Shown here: in pieces, positions 18,466 to 25,883 of the stretch
Layout: each line of letters begins with the position of its first letter
How positions within the stretch are numbered: the stretch's first letter is position 1
IMG/VR virus record: IMGVR_UViG_3300017766_003232
Coordinates: 24,922-88,921 of that record
Reading direction: 5' to 3' (one strand)
From: a virus
Taxonomy: Duplodnaviria; Caudoviricetes
Length of the DNA: 64,000 nt
Made by a program: the position numbers and the translations under genes
The notes under the pieces: model-generated
The model's input: the letters and a program-made list of their open reading frames with translations, nothing else
The model's database searches: none
Told to the model about the DNA's origin: nothing

Positions 18466-18730
18466 TTGACTTTGTTTTTAGTTTGACGGGGGAATATCCC
18501 AACCGCCAAAATTTAGTAGGGGTTGTTTGTTTAGGTGGTAACCACTTGTGCATTCTCAACGATATAAAAAAATATAAAAAAATATAAAAATATAATTTTC
18601 TGTACATAGTGTTTCGCTTTTATGTATGCGTAGCATAGCGGTGTAAACTTATCTATTGATGATATACATAACGTAAATACTATATGTATACCTATAAATA
18701 GGTTTACCTATATAGGAAAATTAGTGTAAT

Positions 18731-18876
18731 AAAAGTGATACTAACTTTGGATAAGATGCAGTTTATCAATTGGTTAAGTGTTTTCGTTAGTATAACATTC
18801 AGTGAAACAAGTGTATCACAAAAGGTATATTACATGTATCACTTTTGTGATACTAAAGGTATCACTTTTATGATAC
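18731..18876. repeat. clustered GTATCAC/GTGATAC palindromic repeats (operator/iteron-like)
   Basis: GTATCACTTTTGTGATAC at 18836-18853, GTATCACTTTTATGATAC at 18859-18876, GTATCACAAAAG at 18813-18824, AAAAGTGATAC at 18731-18741. Confidence 0.8.
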
Positions 18877-19110
18877 TAGACCTGTAAAAGAAATGACAAT
18901 TCCAAATGTTTTAACAATTTTATTTAAATTAATTTGTAGATATTCTAATGGTACAATAGTTAGGTAATATGTAAATAGAAAATATGATAATTAATTGCAA
19001 AAGAAAACCCACTGAACGAATCCAATGGGTTAACTTAAATCATAAAATAAAGCCTGGCAAGACCTTTCACTGAAAGAAGTGATATAAACAACGTATGCAA
19101 ATATAAACAA

Positions 19111-19401
19111 TTATTCTTCTCTACCAAGAATACCTAATACATTTTGTTCTATTTGCTTAATATATTTCTCTCCTTCTATTTCTACATCAAATCCACTATA
19201 TTGTCCAAACATTACAATATCACCAACATTTGTTTCCATTGGATGATTTTTTGTACCTGGACCAACAGCAACGATTGTACCTGTCAAAGGTGCATCTTTA
19301 ATACTATCAGGAATAATGATTCCACTTTCTGTCATATTTTCTACTGGCTTCAGTTTAATGATTACCTGCGTACCAATTGGTTTAAAGTTTATTGCTTCCA
19401 T
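19111..19401 (-). CDS. groES: co-chaperonin GroES (Cpn10)
   Basis: FKPIGTQVII...TESGIIIP...GTIVAVGPG...VGDIVMFGQYSGFDVEIEGEKY. Confidence 0.93.
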   Translation of the reverse strand: MEAINFKPIGTQVIIKLKPVENMTESGIIIPDSIKDAPLTGTIVAVGPGTKNHPMETNVGDIVMFGQYSGFDVEIEGEKYIKQIEQNVLGILGREE

Positions 19402-19412
19402 TTATAAATTAT

Positions 19413-19589
19413 TTAATCGTTGACAATACTGAAGTCAACAAATTCGCTATCAGAAATAGCATTGTTTTTAAATTTGTTTTCTGATTCTTCAATTGCTGAG
19501 TTCCATAAATCAGCTTGTTGTGGAGTTAGTGGGAATACCACTAATCCATCAAACTCGTTTTCTTTATTTTCTATTGGTAGATTTTCCAT
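19413..19589 (-). CDS. small acidic hypothetical protein (MENLPIENKENEF...)
   Basis: 58 aa ORF read manually; fills the gap between ORFs. Confidence 0.55.
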   Translation of the reverse strand: MENLPIENKENEFDGLVVFPLTPQQADLWNSAIEESENKFKNNAISDSEFVDFSIVND

Positions 19590-19758
19590 CTTTTAAAAAT
19601 TGTAAATAAAAAACTAATGCTATACCAATTCCAAAAGTGATCATTAACAAAGTAAAACCAATTCCAGATGATGCAGCAATCTTATCAAAATGTGTAGTAA
19701 AGTAGATAGCAGCACTTAAACCAAATGCCACTCCTAAGATTGTTAGTAATTTTTTCAT
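19564..19758 (-). CDS. small two-TM membrane protein
   Basis: two hydrophobic helices. Confidence 0.6.
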   Translation of the reverse strand: MKKLLTILGVAFGLSAAIYFTTHFDKIAASSGIGFTLLMITFGIGIALVFYLQFLKDGKSTNRK

Positions 19759-20396
19759 AGTTCAAACGCTTTAATTGTATGTTCAAAAGGATTTCCATCA
19801 ATTGACTTAACCAAGTTTAACATTACTTCAGCAATCTCTCTGATTTCAAGTTGAGCATGTTCAGAGTTTCTTAACTTTTGGAAATGATAAAAGCTTCGCC
19901 AATTAAACATTACATCCATAGTTATTTGAGAGTTAAATGTTTTAAAAAACCTTGCAGATTCTTTTGCACGTTTTCTACCAAGTACAGGAGTTAAATCTTC
20001 TAAGCATTTATGATACAATGAATTTGCAGCTTCAGTTGCAGCTTCTAATCTATGAAACCATTCAACTACTTTTTCATCTGATGATTTTAACCAATCGTGA
20101 GGTAGATACATTTTATCTTCTTTCAATTCTTTGTACCTTGCAGATTCTCCATTGATTGCTACACCTATTCTATGTTTTAACAAATGAATATGACTTGCTT
20201 GTTCCACAGTTACCAGGAAATGCAATGTACTTTTTTCAAAAGGAGTATGATGTCCTTCTGTAGCTAACATTTTTAATAGATCAGGGATTCTTTCAATTTT
20301 GCTATCTGTTAAATCTCTGCTTGTAGAAGTCCACGCTGATAATGCGTGAACTTCATCTGAACCATAATGTCCAATTAATTCTATTTTATTTCCCAT
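19755..20396 (-). CDS. thyX: FAD-dependent thymidylate synthase ThyX
   Basis: GHHTPFE, HLLKHR...NGESARY (RHR-x7-S motif variant), NWRSFYHFQKLR...AQLEIR. Confidence 0.92.
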   Translation of the reverse strand: MGNKIELIGHYGSDEVHALSAWTSTSRDLTDSKIERIPDLLKMLATEGHHTPFEKSTLHFLVTVEQASHIHLLKHRIGVAINGESARYKELKEDKMYLPHDWLKSSDEKVVEWFHRLEAATEAANSLYHKCLEDLTPVLGRKRAKESARFFKTFNSQITMDVMFNWRSFYHFQKLRNSEHAQLEIREIAEVMLNLVKSIDGNPFEHTIKAFEL

Positions 20397-20904
20397 TTCT
20401 TTCTGATTTCCAAAGTTTAATTACATTAATTGATTTATCTAAGTCTGTATCGAACTCACCTTTTTTCTCTGCACGTTCCAATCTTTTTACAATATCAAAT
20501 AGATATGGATTCCAACCTCTTTCCTGTGCAATTTTGTAAAGTGTACCTTTGCTATTGTCGTAATGTTTTGGTGTATCCAATTCTTCAGTTTTGTTTTGTA
20601 CAATAACTTTTGGTTTACTATTAACAATTTGAGTAGGATCAAATAAAGCTTTCACTTCTTCCTTTGTTAAATACTCATAGTTAACTACTGGTTTAGATCC
20701 TACTACATTTCCTTCATTAGAAATTACATCTGTACGTTCTACTTCAGCTTTATAATAATCATTTTCAAATAGATTCTTTGGATAAAACCATTTTGCTTTT
20801 CTATCATTTAAAACCTGGTACTCTTTATCTGTTTGATCTAATATTCTATAAAATTTGTTTTGTGTTAATACACCACCAATGCCTAATAAACATTTTTTTT
20901 CCAT
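20386..20904 (-). CDS. protein with C-terminal DUF3310-like (PxHY) domain
   Basis: PKHYDNSKG...FDIVKRLERAEKKG...DLDKSI; probable start at MEKK (20904). Confidence 0.55.
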   Translation of the reverse strand: MEKKCLLGIGGVLTQNKFYRILDQTDKEYQVLNDRKAKWFYPKNLFENDYYKAEVERTDVISNEGNVVGSKPVVNYEYLTKEEVKALFDPTQIVNSKPKVIVQNKTEELDTPKHYDNSKGTLYKIAQERGWNPYLFDIVKRLERAEKKGEFDTDLDKSINVIKLWKSERNGK

Positions 20905-20905
20905 A

Positions 20906-21379
20906 CTATTTATTTTTAATGAATGTTCCATTTATTGTTTTACCTTTTCTATCTTTAATTTCATTCCAAGCTAACTCTAAGCAATCCTCTAATGTTGATC
21001 CATAAAAGTTAGCAATATTTTTTAAATATCCAAGTGCTACATTAACTGAGGATACTGAAACCTTTTCTTGATTATAGATATACTTATAAGAAAAGATTAC
21101 ATTTGAGATTGCTCTATTAAATTCAAATAAATTAGATTCAATATCTTTTTGTTTAAATTGAAATGGTAAAATTTCATCTGTCATTTCTAATTGAGCAAAT
21201 AGAATATATAGAACAACTTGAGTATCTCCAATACCATCTTTAATTTCATCTACATTATTACTAAGATATGCTTTAAATATTTCACTTGATTCTTCAATCA
21301 ATTTAAAAACTTGAACTGTTGAATTTTCTTTTTTAATAAGATTTTTTTTACTTGCCCAGTCAATTACATTATTTTTCAT
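20906..21379 (-). CDS. MazG-like nucleotide pyrophosphohydrolase
   Basis: KLIEESSEI...EIKDGIGD (EExxE...D) and CLELAWNEIKDRKGKTINGTFIK. Confidence 0.85.
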   Translation of the reverse strand: MKNNVIDWASKKNLIKKENSTVQVFKLIEESSEIFKAYLSNNVDEIKDGIGDTQVVLYILFAQLEMTDEILPFQFKQKDIESNLFEFNRAISNVIFSYKYIYNQEKVSVSSVNVALGYLKNIANFYGSTLEDCLELAWNEIKDRKGKTINGTFIKNK

Positions 21380-21394
21380 ATAAAAATTATTTGT

Positions 21395-21448
21395 TTTTCT
21401 TTACACGTTGTTTTTTCATGTAAAGATTTTTCTATTTTCTTTACACGT
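21395..21448. repeat. 14-bp direct repeat TTTTCTTTACACGT x2 with an inverted partial copy between
   Basis: copies at 21395-21408 and 21435-21448; CATGTAAAGA at 21417-21426. Confidence 0.65.
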
Positions 21449-21619
21449 ATATAGTACCAATAGAATATTTAAAACTTATTTATTGATATTCTATTAACTC
21501 AATAACTAATGATTAATTATCTTGTTAACTATACTCGCACGAAGGTAGTATAAAATTTTTACACTTGCAATATTTTTATATAAAAAAAGTATATTTATTT
21601 TTTATTTAAATTGTTTTTG

Positions 21620-21649
21620 TATATTTGTAATATAATTTATATATATTTG
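21620..21649 (+). promoter_or_regulatory. Bacteroidota sigma-A-type -7 boxes (TAnnTTTG) for the rightward block
   Basis: TATATTTG at 21620-21627 and 21642-21649 in the strand-switch region. Confidence 0.65.
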
Positions 21650-21654
21650 CTCCA

Positions 21655-21960
21655 ATGATGAACAGATATTTCAGAAAAAAAAGACAAATGATAACAGTTT
21701 ACGTAGATATTAAAGACAGTTTACTTTTGAAAGCAAAGGATACATCATTTCATGTATTGTTTCATATTATACAACAATCAGATACTGAAAAGAATATTTG
21801 GCATTCTGATTCTGTAAACAAAGATGAAATAATGAGGAAATTACAAATATCCACTCCTAGTTTGGCAAAGCATATTGCATCTTTAAAAGAACGAAAACTT
21901 ATCATACCTGAAGGACAACGAGGAAGATATAAATTAAATATGGAAATATTTACAATTTAA
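21655..21960 (+). CDS. winged-helix DNA-binding protein (RepL-like)
   Basis: DEIMRKLQISTPSLAKHIASLKERKLI...GRYKLN wHTH pattern. Confidence 0.7.
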   Translation: MMNRYFRKKRQMITVYVDIKDSLLLKAKDTSFHVLFHIIQQSDTEKNIWHSDSVNKDEIMRKLQISTPSLAKHIASLKERKLIIPEGQRGRYKLNMEIFTI

Positions 21961-22017
21961 TTCGCATTAACTACTGATTATTGGGAGATTTTCAGTATAA
22001 CTTTTTATACAACAAAA

Positions 22018-22389
22018 ATGGGAACAGCAGAAAAACTAAAAGTTGCTAAAGAAATCTTAGCACAAGTATTTATTGATGCAACAACATCATCGGCAGAATC
22101 TGGTTTAATGTTTAAATACAAATCACAACCAGTAGAAACAGAAGAATTCAAAGGATGGACTTTTGATATTATAGTAAAAGAACCTGCGTATCCTGAAAGA
22201 ACTATTCAGCAGTTTAGATACCAAAGACCAAATAACATTGATGCTAAAAACATGGAGTATCATGTTGTAATTGCTGTGTTAGCACAAATGACACAAAGTG
22301 CAATTCTTACCTGGGATCACTTAGGTAAGTTATTAAACACTGATGAGAAGTTACAAAAAGAAGCACTTGAAACAACAAAAGAAAAATAA
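22018..22389 (+). CDS. hypothetical protein
   Basis: 123 aa ORF. Confidence 0.7.
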   Translation: MGTAEKLKVAKEILAQVFIDATTSSAESGLMFKYKSQPVETEEFKGWTFDIIVKEPAYPERTIQQFRYQRPNNIDAKNMEYHVVIAVLAQMTQSAILTWDHLGKLLNTDEKLQKEALETTKEK

Positions 22390-22390
22390 C

Positions 22391-22918
22391 ATGGTTACTA
22401 AACTCATACCAATACCTTCTAACGATAATAAAATTTATCGTCAGATATTGGCTGTGTTAAATTTTATTACAGGATTGACAGGGCAGGAATTAGATGTCTT
22501 GGCAGAAATAATAAAATTAAATCATGAATATATAGCATTACCTTCAGATAAAAGAGCTAAATTTATTCTTAGTACAGAAATACGTAAAGAGATGCGTGAA
22601 GTATTACAGATTGAAGAAAAAACTTTTAATGGATTAATTGCTAGATTGAAAAAAAAGAAATTCATGGGCACAGCTATTCTTGATGAGATAGGTATACTAC
22701 ATCAAGATTTATTATTCAGACCTGATGAAGAAGGATTTAAAATTGAAGTACGTTTAAATAAAACACTTGCACCAATAGAAAATCCTCAAACTAAAGTTTT
22801 GGAAGTTAAAGAAAATATAGTAGAACCTGTAAAATCAACTGAGATTCCTGCTGGTAGACCAGAAAACTACAAGGAAGAAGAACAATTTGATTTTACAATA
22901 GCACCTCCTCAACAATGA
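22391..22918 (+). CDS. hypothetical protein, possible wHTH
   Basis: start at MVTKL; IRKEMREVLQIEEKTFNGLIARLKKK helix-turn-helix-like segment. Confidence 0.65.
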   Translation: MVTKLIPIPSNDNKIYRQILAVLNFITGLTGQELDVLAEIIKLNHEYIALPSDKRAKFILSTEIRKEMREVLQIEEKTFNGLIARLKKKKFMGTAILDEIGILHQDLLFRPDEEGFKIEVRLNKTLAPIENPQTKVLEVKENIVEPVKSTEIPAGRPENYKEEEQFDFTIAPPQQ

Positions 22919-23175
22919 CAAGACAGCAAGAAATTATAGAGGAGGTTGCTAAAAAACATGGTATAACAAAATCTCATGCAAATGAGATTTTTGTTTTATA
23001 TTGTAGAACTATTCGAAATGAAATTGTAGATTCGTTTAATGATAAAGAAACAAATGAATTTAAAGTTGAAGATGGTAAAGTAATATCAATAGCAGGTTTT
23101 GGTAAAATTGTTCCAAATGAATATGCTATAAAAAGAAAAAACGAATATAAAAATGGCAGCAAACTTAGAAAATAA
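22915..23175 (+). CDS. HU/IHF-like DNA-binding protein
   Basis: EIIEEVAKKHGITKSHANEI...VISIAGFGKI HU-fold signature. Confidence 0.7.
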   Translation: MTRQQEIIEEVAKKHGITKSHANEIFVLYCRTIRNEIVDSFNDKETNEFKVEDGKVISIAGFGKIVPNEYAIKRKNEYKNGSKLRK

Positions 23176-23674
23176 TTTTTGGAAAGAATTTCCTGGGATA
23201 ATCATCCATGAATTATTTAATGATTTATATACATGTGATAAATCAAAAGATAAAGAAAAAAGTTCAAAAATAATGTGGGCAATTTATCTTGTGATGAATC
23301 CTGAATCTAATTTGTATAACGATCCAAATAAAGAGTTATCTGTAAAAAACAACTGGCTAAAAGATAAAACATTTAAATGGGAAGATTACGAAACGCATAA
23401 AAATGCATATCGTGATTTAGTATTATCAACTGCTGAAAAAGCTCTTCAAAATTGGAATGAGTTAATGATTATGCGAGATAAAACATTAAAAGAATTATAC
23501 ACAAAAAATTTAGTTGATGGAGATGTAAGTAATCTTGAAAAGTTAGATAAAATTCTTGCAAATACTGCAAAGTTATTTAATGATTATTCTAAAATTAAAA
23601 AAGAATACGAAGAAGAAAAAACAACTAAAAAAGGAAAATCAATTTCATCATTATCTGATTCAGACGAAATATAA
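23153..23674 (+). CDS. conserved pre-terminase protein (small terminase candidate)
   Basis: position directly upstream of TerL; helical composition. Confidence 0.5.
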   Translation: MAANLENNFWKEFPGIIIHELFNDLYTCDKSKDKEKSSKIMWAIYLVMNPESNLYNDPNKELSVKNNWLKDKTFKWEDYETHKNAYRDLVLSTAEKALQNWNELMIMRDKTLKELYTKNLVDGDVSNLEKLDKILANTAKLFNDYSKIKKEYEEEKTTKKGKSISSLSDSDEI

Positions 23675-23676
23675 TT

Positions 23677-25854
23677 ATGTTAATAGAAAATTCAAATTTT
23701 AGATTAAAGGAAGTTCCAAATTACCACCCTGAATTGGAATACTATGATCGTATTACATTTTGGGCAGGTGAGAAAAGAAAATGTATTGAAGGATATTGGG
23801 TTTCTGGAAAATGGATGCCTGGTCCTCTATATTACTACGTGAATTTTCATCATATTCTATTTGAAGACGACTCTTCGGTATCCCAATCAGTTGGTTTACC
23901 TTTTTTGCGTGATATAGATTGGGAATTATTTTTATATTATGAAGAATGTAGAGGATTTTCAGGGTTTGAGCTAGATCCAATTTATACTTGTGATAGAAAG
24001 TATGGACCAGAATTAGAAACATCATTAAAACTAAAAAGAATCACTCAAGTTGAAGCTGATTCTAAAAAATATGTAAATGCTCGTGATTATTTACGAATGA
24101 ATCATGGAAAAAGTCTTGGAAAACCATTATATAAAAACTCAGCAAAACATTTCTTTTCAATTCAAGCAAGGGGATCTGGAAAAAGTTATTCATCTTCAGG
24201 GTTATGTGGACATAATTTTTTATTTGATGGAGCAACTGATTATGATGTTTACTTAGAACAAAAAAAGAAAAAGAAATACCTAGCATCTGATACAATTATT
24301 GGAGCAATTGATACAAAGTATTCTGCACCATTAATGAAAAAAACAATTACTGCATTTGATTACTATCCTGGTTCTTATAGAATAGGTGATAATTTTTATC
24401 CATCTCCATTGATGGTAACATATTCAGGATCACCTGCACCAAATAAAGATATGACTTCTAAAACAGGTTCATTTCTTAGACATAGAACATTTAAAGATAA
24501 TCCTTTAGCTGCCAATGGTACTCGTCCTAACCTTTGTGTATTAGATGAGGTTGGTTTCCATTACAACATTAAAGAAACTTGGGGAGCAATTGAAGCAATT
24601 CAGCAATCTAAAGAAAAAAAGAATCTTGTTATTTGGGCATTGGGTACAGGAGGTTTAGTTTCTGGTCACGCAGCATTATATGCTGAAAGTATTTTTAGAA
24701 ATCCTGATGAATACAACTGCATTGCATTTGATGATGAGTTTGAAAATAGAGGACAAATAGGATATTTTGTTCCATATTGGTTAACGATGAATGAGTTTAA
24801 AAAACAACACGTTAATTTAGTTACCGATGAAAAACTTGCTAGAATGGCTGTAGAGTTAAGACGAGAACAGGCAAAAAAAGCAAATGATCCATCTGTATAT
24901 CAAACAGAAATTATCAATGGTCCAATGGTTCCATCTGAAGCATTCCTTGTTGTAGAAGGTTCTTACTTTCCTACACTTCAATTAAAAGAACAATTAGCAG
25001 AAGTAGAAAGTGGACAATACCAAAAATATATGGAAGGTTCATTTAAAGGAAAATTGTTATTTGACAATGATGATAAAGTATATTTTGAAACTGATCAAAA
25101 TGCAAGACCAATTAGAAATTATCCATTAACTCGTGGAGAAGATAAAGTTGGATGTGTAGAAGTATGGGTTAAACCACAATCAAATGATGAGGGTGTAATA
25201 CCATACGGAACATATATTGGAGGAATGGACGTTGTTGATAAAGCAAGAGCAACTACAGATTCACTTCCTTCTATTTTTATAATGAATAGATATACTCGCC
25301 AAATTGTTGCAGAGTATACAGGTCGTACAGATGATCCTAACGATTTCTATGAAATATGTAGAAGATTATTGTTGTACTATAGGGCAACTGGAATGTATGA
25401 GCAAAACTTACCTGGTTTGTATACTTATTTCTCTCAGAAAAAATGTACATACCTTTTAGCAGATACTCCATATCAATTGCGAAACTCAGATACTTATAAA
25501 GAAGGAACAAATACTTCTAAAGGTGTCAATGCATCAAATACTGTAAATAGTACAGCAAGAGATTTTATTAAATCATGGTTAAATGAACCTGTTTCTACTA
25601 ACTCAGAAAAATTAGTATTAAACACAATTTACTCTCCTGCGGCATTAAAAGAATTAATTTCTTGGAATCCACATGGTAACTTTGATAGGGTTTCATCATT
25701 AGGTATGTTGATGTGGCACGATGCAACAATGTTAAAACAACAAGAAAAAACTAAACAACAAGTACAAGGTTTCTTAGAAAATTCTTACTTTAGCAACTTG
25801 GGAGTATTAAAGAAAAAACCAATGGATACATTATCCACTGATTTTTATAGTTAA
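23677..25854 (+). CDS. terL: terminase large subunit
   Basis: ARGSGKSY Walker A, VLDEVG Walker B, YIGGMDVV nuclease Asp, GNFDRVSS C-terminal motif; crAss-type N-terminus. Confidence 0.93.
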   Translation: MLIENSNFRLKEVPNYHPELEYYDRITFWAGEKRKCIEGYWVSGKWMPGPLYYYVNFHHILFEDDSSVSQSVGLPFLRDIDWELFLYYEECRGFSGFELDPIYTCDRKYGPELETSLKLKRITQVEADSKKYVNARDYLRMNHGKSLGKPLYKNSAKHFFSIQARGSGKSYSSSGLCGHNFLFDGATDYDVYLEQKKKKKYLASDTIIGAIDTKYSAPLMKKTITAFDYYPGSYRIGDNFYPSPLMVTYSGSPAPNKDMTSKTGSFLRHRTFKDNPLAANGTRPNLCVLDEVGFHYNIKETWGAIEAIQQSKEKKNLVIWALGTGGLVSGHAALYAESIFRNPDEYNCIAFDDEFENRGQIGYFVPYWLTMNEFKKQHVNLVTDEKLARMAVELRREQAKKANDPSVYQTEIINGPMVPSEAFLVVEGSYFPTLQLKEQLAEVESGQYQKYMEGSFKGKLLFDNDDKVYFETDQNARPIRNYPLTRGEDKVGCVEVWVKPQSNDEGVIPYGTYIGGMDVVDKARATTDSLPSIFIMNRYTRQIVAEYTGRTDDPNDFYEICRRLLLYYRATGMYEQNLPGLYTYFSQKKCTYLLADTPYQLRNSDTYKEGTNTSKGVNASNTVNSTARDFIKSWLNEPVSTNSEKLVLNTIYSPAALKELISWNPHGNFDRVSSLGMLMWHDATMLKQQEKTKQQVQGFLENSYFSNLGVLKKKPMDTLSTDFYS

Positions 25855-25883
25855 CTTTGTATTATTTTTATAATTAACATATT

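Noticed and set aside
18562-18594. Tandem ATATAAAAAA repeats as a CRISPR or iteron array
   Set aside because: Low-complexity A-tract with no spacers; best seen as part of the AT-rich control region
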